This document shows positions 26,873 through 40,017 of a DNA stretch of 64,000 nt, one piece after another. Location of the stretch: assembly GCA_964016885.1 (NCBI GenBank), contig OZ024740.1, positions 242,730,001 to 242,794,000 on the forward strand, given 5' to 3'. Within the stretch, counting starts at the first letter, position 1. Every line of letters starts with the position of its first letter. The notes under the pieces were generated by a model. It did no database searches, was not told the DNA's origin, and was given only the letters and a program-made list of their open reading frames with translations. The position numbers and the translations under genes were made by a program. The stretch comes from Eledone cirrhosa (Eukaryota).

Positions 26873-27517
26873 TTAATCCATACCTTGAGTGATAATTTAT
26901 TTTATTAGTCCTCAGAAAGATGACAAAGGACCAAAACAAAATAACACAGGTATTTTGTACAGCATTCTAATGATTCTTCCAACTGTTTTGTAATTGTTGT
27001 TGATAGATGATGGAGAAGGCAAGCATTGTTAGGTGAAGGATGATGTCTCTGCTAGCTAAAATGTGGGCGGTTGTCTAATAATTATGATAAGGAAGAAGAT
27101 TGTTATTATCTTGTAGTTTATGCACTTGAATCAATACAGTCCATTGTGATACAAATGTTTTAACATCATATTGACTGTGGAAGGGAAGGGAGGGGAAAAA
27201 GTGAAGGAGATAGGTTGGAATTGTGTGATAGGATCTCATGTGGCAAGAAGTAACTTGATCTGAATATACAGAAGAGTTGACACATGTTAAATACATTTGG
27301 CAGATAGGAAGTTATATCATCATCATCACACCATCATCGACACTATTTAGCATCCATTTTTCCGTGCTTGCATAGGTTAGATGGGTTGTCCATGCCAGGA
27401 GGCAAGTCTGGCCAGAATTGCCTACACCATATCTTGCTCTGACAAAGACTGTAAATTTGGCCTGGTATTTTACAGCTGGATGCCCTACCTAACACCAACC
27501 ACATTTACACTGTGGAA

Positions 27518-28270
27518 CTGGATGGCTCTGTTATGAAGAGGGACAGGCCAGTTGGCTGCACTGAACCTATCTCACAGTGGAACCATAGTTTTGGAGCTAG
27601 ACCCATCTCACAGCAGAACCATAGTTTTCGAGGCCAGTACTGGATGGCACACATATGAGGAGCCTAACCTATCTCACATTGTTACCATACTTTTGGGGCC
27701 TGGTACTGGATGACACCACTATGTGGCAGGAAAGTGTTGTTGGCTGCGCTGAACCCTTCCCTTCACACAACAGACCCCCAGTTCAGGTGTCGCATGGTAC
27801 CGCTATGTGAAGGGGCAGGCCAGTTGGCCATGCCACACCCCTCTTTCAGCAGGGCCACATACTGGACTTGGGAGCCTGAAACTACACTATGTGGAGGGAC
27901 AAGCTTGTTGGCCATGCCAAACCCTTTACACAGCAGACCCATAGCTCAGGAAGGGAACTGGGTGGCATTGCTATAAGGAAGGAGAGCCAGTTGGCTGCAC
28001 CGAACCCTTCACATAGCGGACCCTCAGTTCTGGTGTTGGATGCTGCATGCTTCCACTATGAGGAGGAACAGAGCTGTTGACCCGCCAAACCCTTCACACA
28101 GCAGAACCATGGTTTTGGAGCACAGCCCTGGATGCCATGATAATGATGAGGGACAAGCCATTTGGCCACGATGAACCTTCTTCACTGTGAAGCCACAGTT
28201 TGCTGGATGGCGCAACTAGGAGGAGGGACAAGCCAGTTGGCTGTGCTGAACTCTACACAGCAGATCCTCA
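27518..28270. repeat. Diverged GC-rich minisatellite, about 70-80-bp units
   Basis: Recurring ctggatgg..actatg.ggagggaca.gccagttggc.g.ctgaacccttcacacagcagaaccat motif, roughly ten degenerate units. Confidence 0.75.
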
Positions 28271-28439
28271 ATCTGAAAATGGAATGGGGGAAGGAGGAAC
28301 CCTCAGATTCTCCCAGCTTCAGAGATGTTTTCAATGTGAATGATAGTGGTGGGAAGGGAGGGGGATACGGAGTTACAGATAAGCACCTGTCAGTTGTTTA
28401 AATTTATAGAAAAGCAATCCCTTAATATTGAAGGATGTT

Positions 28440-29308
28440 TTGATCCTCCATCATTTTGTACTGTTGTGGAAAGTGTTGTAAGCTTAATTAATTAAGTGTT
28501 CCCCAATTTCCAAATCCACCATTCCAATGAGGAGTGGCTGTGTAAAAGAGCATTCCTTGCCCCCAAAATCATCTGGAGGTAGCTAGACCTATAATTCTAT
28601 TGACAAAGTTGTTAATGGGGAAAATGCTATCCATTATCCAATTGAATTTCTCAACAATTTGGAACTGTTTTGTATGCTGCCACACAAACTTGAATTGAAC
28701 AAGACCTCAGTCACCATGCTTCTCAGAAACCTGGATCAGCCAAGATTGAGCAATGGGATGCATATGGTTGTGACTGAGCTACAGCCTAACATTATCGAAG
28801 CCAAAATCCTCACTGGATATGATAAGAGAGACATCATATTTATACCTAGAATGCCACTAATACCAATAGATGTCCCCTTTTGTTTTAAATGATTGCAATT
28901 CCCAGTGAGAGTCAGTTACACAACGACCATTAACAAGTCCCATGGTCAAACCATACAAGCTCTTGGTCTCCATCTCAAAAAGGGCTGTTTCTGACATGGG
29001 CAATTGTAGGTAGGATATTCCAGACTAGGAAGATGCCACAAACTCTTCATATATGCTCCAAAGAAAAAAGTTATACACATTGTATATACTGAAATTCTGT
29101 AAATGTTTTATAATTTTCCTAGAATACATTTTTCTATTATTTTCTGTATTTAGATATTCTAAATAATTTTAAAAGATTATGTTATGCAATATTTAAACAC
29201 CTTTTAACATCTTTTATTCTAATGAAAATGGACACTACGGCAGATGGCAATAGGTGCCTTATGAATAGATTCGAGCACAGACTGAGGCATAGGCCAGTAG
29301 GCTGCTAG
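28440..29308 (+). mobile_element. Helitron 3' fragment: decayed Pif1-like helicase C-terminus and CTAG terminus
   Basis: WLCKRAFLAPK, YPIEFLN, PHKL, MLLRNL, IPRMPLIP, QFPVR, TINKSHGQT, HGQL; weak hairpin actg..cagt then CTAG (29305-29308) followed by T. Confidence 0.9.
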
Positions 29309-29463
29309 TATATATATGTATGTGTGTGTGTGTTTTGTTGATGTCATTACTCTAACCATTTTTCCCCTTTCCTCTAAGACTCATTGGCTCTGCTTGGAGC
29401 AGCACTCGGCCATTCTTTTTCAAGTATTTGCACAGGGGACTCAAGTACCCATAGTCTGGTTAC

Positions 29464-29665
29464 CTGTACCCATCTTTGCTGCTCTGTAGAATTCTTGGTT
29501 TGAATTAGCTTTTGGAAGATCATCACTAAAGTCATTTGTATTTAGTTCTATTTTCTCTGCTCTTTCTTCTCCAGGTCCTCCCCACTTCTTGTCTTGTTGG
29601 CAGCCTTTGAAGAGCTTGTGGAAAGTGAGAACATTTCTCACCTTGGCATCTTTTTTATTTGAAAG
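29464..29665 (-). CDS. Candidate host coding exon (202 nt, phase 0 to 1), product unknown
   Basis: Acceptor cccattttacttccattttAG, donor CAG|GTAACC; only one open frame: LSNKKDAKVRNVLTFHKLFKGCQQDKKWGGPGEERAEKIELNTNDFSDDLPKANSNQEFYRAAKMGT. Confidence 0.35.
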
Positions 29666-30149
29666 CTAAAATGGAAGTAAAATGGGAATTAAATTAGAAA
29701 TTAGGGAAAAGAACAAGTCCCTTATCTTCAACGGAGAAATCTAAATTAATGGTGAAGCTTACATTATTTAAGATGTCATGGAAGACTAGCATCATTGGAG
29801 CTCAGTGTGTTATTGTGCTTATTTATATCACCTCACTTTTTGTGGTAAAGTGTATTTGTGTTGTAGATACCTTGTTTTTACAATATTATGCTTCTATACC
29901 TTTTAAAAGGATTTTAGACTCTTTTGGAATGCAAAAGTTCATTCCTGATAAATTTAGAAGCCTATTCGAACAAAAGAGACCATTCTTGAAAAGTTTGGTA
30001 ACTTAAAGAAATTTCTAGTTGTTTCTTTTCCTAACAAATAATTTTTTTTATTTTGATTACAAACTTTCATGAAAAATCGTGTTCATTTGTTTTAGATTTA
30101 CGAAATTGGATTTTTCATGAGAGAAAGAGAGAGGGGTGCGAGAGAGAGG

Positions 30150-30153
30150 GAGA

Positions 30154-30216
<63 letters not shown>
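30150..30216. repeat. (GA)n microsatellite
   Basis: Direct observation. Confidence 0.95.
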
Positions 30217-30220
<4 letters not shown>

Positions 30221-30332
30221 AGGAGCACACAGGACAAAGACAATAGAAAAACAATGGAAAAATGGACAGTCCCACAGTCCTCAGTCAACCCCTGGAAATC
30301 ACATACATACATGCATGCATGTATATACATAC

Positions 30333-30684
30333 ATGATGGCTGCCCCCTCATTATTGAGTATGGCCATTGCACAATATAACATTATTAGTAATTATCAATT
30401 AATGCTATCATGCAATGCCTGTGCATGGAGATATTTTCAAAGTGAGGAAATACTGTGCACTGAGCCAATCCCACTCTCTGAGCGACCGTAGTTATAACCC
30501 GAAAAGAAGAAAAGATCAACAACATCGGTAACTACTGAGCTGCAGGTTTTATGTCGGAGTTATCCCAGTTTCCTGAGTTGCCTTCTCCTAGAAGAATGCC
30601 TTGACAAATGTTAGGGGGGTCCTTCACTCCCAGTGGTTTAACCATGCGATCGGGTATCCAGCCTGATTATTTCTATGTCCCCAC
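30333..30684 (-). mobile_element. Uninterrupted family-B element
   Basis: Reverse complement of 13341-13895 without the nested SINE. Confidence 0.75.
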
Positions 30685-30709
30685 ACATGCATACATATAT
30701 ATATATACA

Positions 30710-31190
30710 TTAAAGGTTAATGAAAAGGAGAATATCTATGCAGAACTAATTAGAAATCTACAGATACTCCACCCTGACTATACCTTCAGATTTATACCTG
30801 TAATTATTGGGGCACTGGGATATGTTAGTAACTACCTCAGTACAAATCTTGAGAAGCTGGGCTTCACAGAAACAGAAAGAACACTAGTTAGGAAATTACA
30901 ATTACAATCCATTAATGGAACAGTAAAAATATGTAAAACATTCCCAAAATTCTGCATCTAATAGCTCCATATACACATGTACAGATGCAAAGCATATGCA
31001 CATGCAAACATATAACTCAAAACATTCACATCGACACAGATAATAACACCCATACCTGCACACACATGCATGCATGCAGACATTCATACATATCTACCTA
31101 GTTGATGTGTAAATTCCAATGAGAGAGTCTTGTATCTATGTTAGAGACCGACTCTCTCTCTATTGGTAAACATTTATAAAATTATAAAAC
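30710..31190 (+). mobile_element. 3' end of an RLE-type non-LTR retrotransposon
   Basis: EKENIYAEL...IPVIIGALG...KICKTF*; 3' UTR stem gagagagtc/gactctctc. Confidence 0.65.
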
Positions 31191-31472
31191 CAGAAAAACA
31201 TACATAAGCTTGAAAATTTTACTGTCTTGAACCAACATTACCATTTCTTGATAAATGTTCACAAATTTGATTCAAAGGCCCATAATCATCTCAGAATAAC
31301 CCATGAATAAAATATCTCCCAACTGCTAGCTGCCCTGGGGTAAAAAGAGATGACAAACTACTGATGTTTTTTTTTTAAATTAAAACATTTTCATTTTCTG
31401 AAATGACAAAATAAAATACTTTGCATTCTAAATTAAAATATTAGTCATGTTTCTCCTTCAATTACACTTAAA

Positions 31473-31524
<52 letters not shown>

Positions 31525-31619
31525 ACTCTCTCTCCACTATCTCTCACTCTATCTGTAACACACATACACATGCAAACATTCTTTTTCCCTCTCTCTCTCT
31601 TATATATATATATATACAT

Positions 31620-31910
31620 ATAATATATAAGATCAAAAGATGGTTAAAAGAGTTCCATGTATTTTATTATGCGGATTTCAAAAACAAATATCATCATGCA
31701 ATAACATTTGTGTTTTCATCAGATAAAATAGGAAGACATGATATGAAGGTTAAAAAACACTTGTGAATAGTGCAGTTTTAAATCAACATATGTTGATTTA
31801 AAACCACCCTTTGATCTTATATATTATTTATACTCCAGTCCTACAAACTGTAGAGTGCTTCTTATCCGATATCTGCATTGCTTTATTGTACTACAATAAA
31901 ACTCACCTCC
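31620..31910. mobile_element. Second copy of the hammerhead fold-back element with one arm largely deleted
   Basis: 31620-31789 matches 44761-44930; fold-back aatcaacat|atgttgatt; 31805-31910 is the reverse complement of about 44678-44785. Confidence 0.85.
31660..31730 (-). ncRNA. Type I hammerhead ribozyme candidate
   Basis: tattttat-CTGATGA-36-nt stem-loop II-GAAA-tccgca-TA-ataaaata on the minus strand. Confidence 0.65.
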
Positions 31911-32392
31911 TACATATATATATATTTATGTACAAGATCAAATATAGGCATTATGTGTCTGCTTGTATGTGTATAAATATCAGTATCAATTTATGCATAT
32001 GCATTGTATTTCTTTGTAGATGTATATATGTGTATAAATTCATATATTAGCATTATGAGGTTGTATGTATTTATATGTGATTGTATGTGTACTTACCTGT
32101 ATTTAGAGGTCTATAAATTTATACATATCTGTGTGTGTGCATATTTGTCTGTGGGTTGAGTGTATGTTAGTAATAGCAAACCTGTGTCTCTGTGTGTCGC
32201 TATGATTGAAAGTGTATATTTGTTCACCAGAGTGGTATGTGTAAAAACAACATAAAAAACTAGATATAAGTTAAGTCATTTAAGTTTAACAAAAAGTAAA
32301 CGAGATTTTTATATATTTACCACACAAATGATGCTGAGTAGCACTGTTAATATATCTATATCTATATCTATCTCTCTATCTCTCTCTCTCTC

Positions 32393-32428
<36 letters not shown>

Positions 32429-32758
32429 TACATACACAGACATACACGTATATTTACTTATATACATACATACATACTGACATACATACATACATACATA
32501 CTGACATACATACATACATACATACTGACATACATACATACTTATATACATTTATCTAGTTTTAAAATAAAGAGCAGATAATTAGCAATCATAATATCCC
32601 CTTGGAGATTTTATTTTGTTTTATCATATTTATGTTTTTAAATTGTTTGTAATATTCAATCAGTCTAAGAAGCAAATATGTATACTGAAAAATTTTCTTT
32701 TATAAGTGATTTTCTATCTGTAACTAAACTTAACTTACAAATATATATTATCAATAAT

Positions 32759-32933
32759 TGTTTCTACTTTAGGCACAAGGCCAGCAATTATCCAGTGCAT
32801 TACTGGTACTTTATTTTATCGACCCCGTAAGGATGAAAGGCAAAGTCAACCTCGGCGGGATTTGAACTCATATCGTAACAATGCTGGAAAGCATGGCGTC
32901 CAACCCTCTACCGATACTGCCAATCCACCGCCC
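32759..32933 (-). mobile_element. S1 SINE with 18-bp TSD
   Basis: atatatattatcaataat at 32741-32758 and 32937-32954. Confidence 0.9.
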
Positions 32934-33068
32934 TATATATATATTATCAATAATATGATCTACCAACATCATCGTTTTCTACATCAACTATTCTATGTTG
33001 GCATGGGCTAGGTACTTTTCATCTTGTCAGAAACCCTTTTAAACACCTCTTACAACATGCAGGGATAT

Positions 33069-34841
33069 CTTCTTCTTCTTCTTCTTCTTCTTCTTCTTCT
33101 TCTTCTTCTTCTTCTTCTTCTTCTTCTTCTTCTTCTCCCACTTATTCCTGAGAGGGCCGTGGGAGCAGAATCCTCAAACACTCCTTCCAGCATGACCTCT
33201 CAGAAGCAACTGTTTCCAACTGATCTGGCTGGATCCCCAAATGAGACCAGCCAAGCTCATGGATGTTATCCAATCATCTTTCTCGTGGTCTACCCCTGGG
33301 TCTCCTGCAGGCTGGTTGTGCCTGTAAAATCTATCCAACGATTCTTTCCTGAGACATTCTAACCAGATGCCGATCGTATTGGAGCTGTGATATCTCAATT
33401 CGGAGAAGTAGTGCTTCTACATGGAGTGACTCTCTGGTCTCCAAGCTACACACTCTATTGAGTAACATTACTCCAAAGACCCTTTGGAGGAATCCCATTT
33501 TGTATTCGGCACAGCTGTTCTGTTAGAGAACGGGTTGCAGGAGGTAGATAGAGATATGGCCAACAGATATAATGGTTAGTTGCGATATAAGCAGGCAACT
33601 GTCAGACAAATAAGCAGCTCCAGACCTACTAGGGAAGATGGAGCAATGAATGACCCCTGTAGCTCCCAAGAAAACTCTCACAACCCAGTGACATAGCTAT
33701 AATAAGGCGAGTTAAAGCAGCCTCTAAAAAAAGCCTAGTCTTTGCAGGTTTGACAAAGTACCAGATTGTTGACTGGCATGTGTAAGACCACAAAAACTGG
33801 AACTGTAATATGGTGAGAGGAACAAAAAATAACCATACCACATCATCCTTCATACAGGTTAATAAGGGACATATTCAGGCCTTAAGTAAAGGGGCCTGTT
33901 TGAAAAATATATTACAGTCTCCATTGCATGCCGCAAAAACTGGTGATGGGCCTGCAACCTGTTCTGGGGGGTGTGGGAAGGACACAGAAAGATTGCATAT
34001 CCCAAGACCCCCAAGAGGGTCCTGAAGGGAGCAAACCTTGACAATTGAAACCTTGAACATCACAACCCTTACAGGTAAGGAGCTAGAACTAGTAGAGGAG
34101 GCCAGATGCTACTGGCTAGATATAGTTGGGGTTTCCTCAACAAAGTTCTATGACTCTAATACTGTAGATTTGGATAGAGGGGGGAAACTCCACTATTCAG
34201 GTGTGGTGCCAGAAATGACTGCACAGGCAGGAGTGGGGATACTCACAAGCTCCCAGCTGTTATTATGAACTGGATTCCATTAGGAGGGAGGATTTGTCTC
34301 TTGACACTTAAGCTGAAAGGTAGGTCTCTGTAGCATTAGAAGTAGTTAAGACTGAGTCATATATCCTGATGGGAGACTTCAAAGCACTTGACACTGATGA
34401 TCTGACATGGAAAGGAGTGATTGGAAGGAATGGTGACCCCAATCTAAATACAAATGGAGAGGCCTTATTAGACTGATCGCTTGCACTTGATAGCTTTGAT
34501 GTCGAGTTCTGCATGGATGGAATGAAAATCAGTGCTGAAAAAACTGAGTCATTCATCCTCTGAAGAAAGCCTGTGCAGTGCACTCTATATGTGAATGGAG
34601 TTCCACTGAAGCAGGTAGAGACGTTCAAGTATGCTGGGAATATGTTCACAAGTGATGGAAGGCAAGAGACTGAATTGTGTGCAAGAATTGTAGGAGCTGG
34701 TGCAGTGATGCACTAGTTTCAGCATTCAGTAATCAAAAGAAGGGAGGTAGGTGTAAAAACCAAACTCGCTATCTTCAATTTGATATTCGTACCAACTCTT
34801 ACCTATGGTCATGAATCTTGGGTAATGACTGAAAGAATATG
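33069..34841. mobile_element. RTE LINE derivative with 5' inversion and 12-bp TSD
   Basis: (CTT)n tail plus a minus-strand 3' piece to about 33501; plus-strand 5' piece (APE: IETLNITTL, AGVGIL, ILMGDF; deletion; KISAEKTE, FKYAG, YGHESW); ATGCAGGGATAT at 33057-33068 and 34842-34853. Confidence 0.85.
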
Positions 34842-34909
34842 ATGCAGGGATATGATGTAACTATTCTCAAAACCAGAATACACTCAGATCTATGTATGCA
34901 TACATATAT

Positions 34910-36935
34910 ATCATCATTATCATTGTTTTAATGTCCATTTTCCTCACTAGCAATGGTTGGACAGTTCTACACAGACCAAGTCAGCACTGAAGTAAAGCTA
35001 CTGATCTCCCAGACAGGCCAGGAATATCTGTCTTGCTTATGTACTCTCTCACATTCTACAAAGTGCACAGAAGAGGTTGTCATGTCTTTGACACAACTCT
35101 GGGTCCTCCCAACCCTTTGTTTGGAAAGTTTTCTATGGCTGGATGCCCTTCCTATCATGAACCACTTTACAGTGTGTACTGGATATATTTATAATGTAGA
35201 TCATCAAACACAAGGGAGGCTGTCATGTCCTTGACATGACTGAAGGGTTTTCAAAACCCTTTGTTTGGCAAGCCCTCCATGGATGGGTGTCCTTCCTATC
35301 ACTAGCAGAAATGTGTGTGGGGCTGGGGTGTGTGTGGTGAGGGTGGTGTAGTAGTGTTGATAATAGTTGTTATGAGTGGTAGAGGAATGGGGGACACAGG
35401 GGTAGCTCAGGCCACATTGTATGTTGTAGGTTGGGTCTTCTTCAGCACTGCATAGCACCAGCCCAAATGGTCTTTAGTCATTTCTGTTGTAAGGCATAGT
35501 TTTTAAGTCTGATCATCACAATCGCATCCCATATCTTCCTGGGTCTACCTCTTCCATAGGTTCCAGCCACTAGGGTTTCTCTACATTTCTTCATGCAACT
35601 GTTATTTTCCATGTGCTTCATATGTTCTTACAAACACAATCTTCTCTCATGCACACTACATTCAATTCCTCTTATGCCAAGTTTTTCTCTCGGTTTGCTT
35701 ATGCTATGTTGTTCATACACATTAACATTACACATCTATCAGAGCATAGACTCTTCATTTCTTTCTAGCCTCCACAGGTCTTCTGCAGTTAAGGTCTTTC
35801 ACTGCCATATAACATTGCGGTTCACACAGGTATCATACAGTCTATCCTTCACTCTGAGAGAAAAACATTTTGTTGTTAGCAGAGATAATAGAACTCTAAA
35901 CTTCTTCCAGCCTCTTCTTATTCCCCAGCTTGTACATCTTCCTCCATGGCTAATTTGGTTACCTAGGTTGCAAGAGCTATCAACAAATTCTATGGAGATC
36001 CACCCTGCCATCCCTAGGCAGCTGAAGGAATCTATTTCACATGTGCTGTTTGTGCTCACTTCCCCTTTGCATCTTATGAAATTTCTGCCCACTCCTTTGT
36101 GACATATCGAACAACACCAATTTCCTGATGGTACCACCTTCCTGTCTTCTTTCCTACTTATTAAAACTGTTGTCTTTGCTAAATTTACTTTTAGACTTTT
36201 CAACTCTAGGTTCTTCCATACTTGAGATTTTGCTTCTAACTCTCCTACAGATTCAGCTATGAGGAATAGGTTGTCAGCATATAGGAGCTCCCATAAAGTG
36301 CCAGTTTTAAACCACTTAGTGATGGCCTGAAGAACAATGATAAATGGGAATGGACTGACAACTGGTGGACCCCCACCTGCACTTTAACTTCCTCAATGTA
36401 CTCATTGCTCCTCTATACATGGCCTGCATATGGCCCTCACAAGCCATTTCTCTGCACCTAGATTCCTACATGCCCACCAGATTGTAGAGTGAGAGACCTC
36501 ATAAAAGGCCTTCTCTAGATCTGCAAATGTTAGTTACAGTGGCTTACTCTTCACTAAGTACCTTTCCTATAGTTGTCTCATCAGAAAAAAGGCACTGGAA
36601 GTACCCCCTACTTGGCATAAATCCTAACTGCATCTTATTTAACTTGATTCTTTCCCTAATTAGTTTTACTATAACCATTTCAGCAACTTTCATGACCCAC
36701 TTGATGCCTCTATAGTTACTTCATTCTAGTGCATCTACTTTGCTATAGTAGCAATTTATGATAATGTGGCTACACCTGTCATTGAGTGACACCATACTGT
36801 ACTACTTGGTTAACTGTACATCTGACTAGCTTATAAGCTACTAAGCTGATGCTTTTAGCGCCCCAATGACTATACCAAAGCTACTGCTTTCCCTATCTTC
36901 ATGTCCTTAATTGCTTTATCTATTATAATGCTGTC
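34910..36935 (-). mobile_element. Degenerate RTE LINE (R1)
   Basis: WELLYADNL, LKVNLAKT, CSICHKGVGRN, GWKKFR, KDRLYD remnants plus 3' UTR motifs. Confidence 0.8.
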
Positions 36936-37287
36936 ATATATATATATACAATAAGGATAATTGCGGAGGTCTGATGTAGATGTTTATAATTCCAATATTC
37001 ATAAAGTTGCAATACATATTTCAATAGCATTTATGGCTATGTTATGCTTTGATCATGCAATAGGTAACACAACATCATCAGACAGCATCTTATGCAATAA
37101 GGTTATATGTTGCAATACAAGCTAAAGGTAAGGAGATGGGCCAATATGATGTTTTTACTACCAAGGTCCGAAATACAAATGTGTGTTGTATATAAAAATA
37201 AAAAAAAAGGTCTTAATAATTGAAGTAGAATTAATGAGATTAATAACAGCAATAACATTTATGTAAGAACCTTTGTTAAATAATAAT

Positions 37288-37472
37288 TGTTTCTACTTTA
37301 GGCACAAGGCCAGCAATTACCCAGTACATTACAGGTACTTTATTTTATCGACCCCGTAAGGATGAAAGGCAAAGTTAACCTCGGCGGGATTTGAACTCAG
37401 ACTGTAAAGGGACGTAACTATGCTAGAAAGCATGGCGTCCAACCCTCTACCGATACTGCCAATTCACCGCCC
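37288..37472 (-). mobile_element. S1 SINE with 12-bp TSD (ttaaataataat)
   Basis: Full-length copy with a direct repeat on both flanks. Confidence 0.9.
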
Positions 37473-38710
37473 TTAAATAATAATAAAAGCTAATGTCACA
37501 CCTTCTGTGCCAATGTTACAGTGTCTGTACTGACATCACACTTATGTTGTGTGTGTGAGAGAGAGAGAATAAGCACAAATATCAGCAACCTATGCAATCA
37601 CTATCTCCATGATATATGCAGAAAACCAGGTGCAATCTGTGTCATTGTTCCAGTGGACAGAATAGAATTATGTCTGAAACATTAGCTTATCTCTCCAAAT
37701 TCCTGATTATTTTCAAAATTATTTGAAAATTCTAATCAGTGTCTTTCATTAGAAAGAGCAGATGTGGACATCACACATATTCTTTTAGAGCCTGGAGAAA
37801 AGAAAAACAACCTCTCTTTAACAGAACATATAGAGAGTAAAAGATGAAGACACCATAAACTTTAAGATACTATGACGTGAAAGAATATGCCAAACATTAC
37901 AGTGAAGGATTTGGATGCTACTATAGGTGAAATTTCCTTTCATATCTCTTCTCAACTTGTTGAATTCTAGGAATGAATCAATTTCTAAATGTCATCACTG
38001 AAACATTATAGAAAACCTTATTCTAACTACAGGTTCAATATGTTGCCATTTTACAAATAGAATTTCTTTTAAATTCTTTGATCATTTTTGTAGTTCCTTG
38101 AAGTTCTATAAATGTCATATCTTACAAATATTTAGAGCTTTTTCAATCCTGCATTCTACATCAAAAACTCTCAAGTAGCTAAATGTTGTTCAAAGGAATT
38201 TCACATAAGACTGAAACTATTACTAAATTTAATCTGTTTTTCTCCTAAACGAAAACTTGAATTTGGTTATTGAAACTTTAACACTATTTTCTTGTATTTT
38301 CTTTTATTTGATTTGGGTTGTATTCTCTGTACTGTCTCCCTCCACTTCACAATTTCTTTTTCTTTTCTTTTTTCTTTCTCTTCTTTATATTATGGTGACT
38401 TTTTATTTCTTGTTTCCCTTATTTTTCAACACTGTAAAATCCAATACATTCAAATTTTTACTGTCATTGTTTTGCTGTTGTTTAGTTCTCTATTCAGTAA
38501 GTTCAATACTAACATTTACACTTTCTTATTAGCATTGACAACCTTTCCAAAGAAATATATCCTTTCTCCAGCTATTGAAAGAGTATAAGCTTAATCGCCC
38601 AAGCAAAGAATCTCTATAATAATATCTACACTCTACTTTCCTTAAGTATAGAGTATTAAGTTGAATAATAGTCTTACTGGTCTTAACACCTCATCCATAT
38701 ATATATATAT

Positions 38711-39065
38711 GGAGGCACATGGCTTAGTGGTTAGAGCATTAGCCTTGCAATCGAAAGGTTGTGAGTTCAATTCTCAGACCGGGTGATGTGTTGTTTCCTT
38801 GAGCAAGACACTTTATTTCACATTGCTCCAGTTTACTCAGCTGTGGAAATGAGATGAGAGGGACTGGGGTCCATATCATTCCACTGCAAAGTGGTTGTGG
38901 AGGTGCCACGGCAAAAAAGCACCCAGCACTCACTGTAAATGAGGTTGGTGTTAGGAAGGGCATCCAGCTGTAGAAATCAAGCCAGAATCAGTTCCCGTCC
39001 AACCCTTGCAAGCAGGGAAAAAATGAACGTAAAAATGAAATGAATGAAATGAAAATGAAAATGAA
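38711..39065 (+). mobile_element. S2 SINE
   Basis: Near-identical to the reverse complement of 7898-8245; tail degenerated to (AATGA)n. Confidence 0.85.
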
Positions 39066-39319
39066 TATATATATATATATATGTATATATATGCATATAA
39101 TCAGAGATTGTCTAGGTTAGTTAAACCTTTCTGTATCTATCATAGTTATGTTAATTGTATAGCCGGTGCCTTCAGTCGGTTTTCTTGGTGTCACACATTA
39201 TAACTGTTGTGTTTACTCTGGACCTAATGTTTTTTAACTTTTGATCCATTGAGTGCTTTGTGATTGCCTCAAACAGATTTAATAGTACTTACTGTACAAC
39301 AGCTAAAACTTTGATTTAT

Positions 39320-39422
39320 AACTATTATATATATATAACTATTATATATATATAACTATTATATATATATAACTATTATATATATATAACTATTATATAT
39401 ATATAACTATTATATATATATA
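39320..39422. repeat. 17-bp minisatellite (AACTATTATATATATAT), about 6 units
   Basis: Direct observation. Confidence 0.9.
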
Positions 39423-39805
39423 AATTTTTCAGTTGACTTATAATCCCCCCTATTTTCTACCTCACCCTTTACACATACACACCCACCACCCTTATCCTTC
39501 ACTCAGTTCACTCTTTAACCAGATACTCTTATCTTGATCTCATCACAAACCTTTTATTACACTTTTTTCCCTTACTATTTTTAATAATTGGGTTTTTATT
39601 TCAATTTTACTCCCCCCTTTTTTCCTTACTTACTCACTAGTTTTTTATGCTCTCACATAGGGCTGTGTGCAGGCACTTTTGCAGACAGGCACATGTGTAC
39701 TTACATTTAGAGTATTTTGATTATTTATTTGTACATGGGTGTGGATGCGTGTATGTGTGTATGTGTGCGTGTATGTATACATATGTATATATATATATGT
39801 ATTTG

Positions 39806-39858
<53 letters not shown>

Positions 39859-40017
39859 ATATGTAGATATGTGTATGTATATATGTATGTATGTGTACGT
39901 TTGTATGTGTGTGTGTATGTATGTGTGTTTATATGTGCATATATACATATATATATGTATATGTATGTGTATATGTATATATATATATATATATATAAAT
40001 ATATATGTATGTGTGTA

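Noticed and set aside
27518-28270. CRISPR-like array
   Set aside because: Eukaryotic context; whole units are degenerate with no invariant repeat and unique spacer pattern, and no cas genes.
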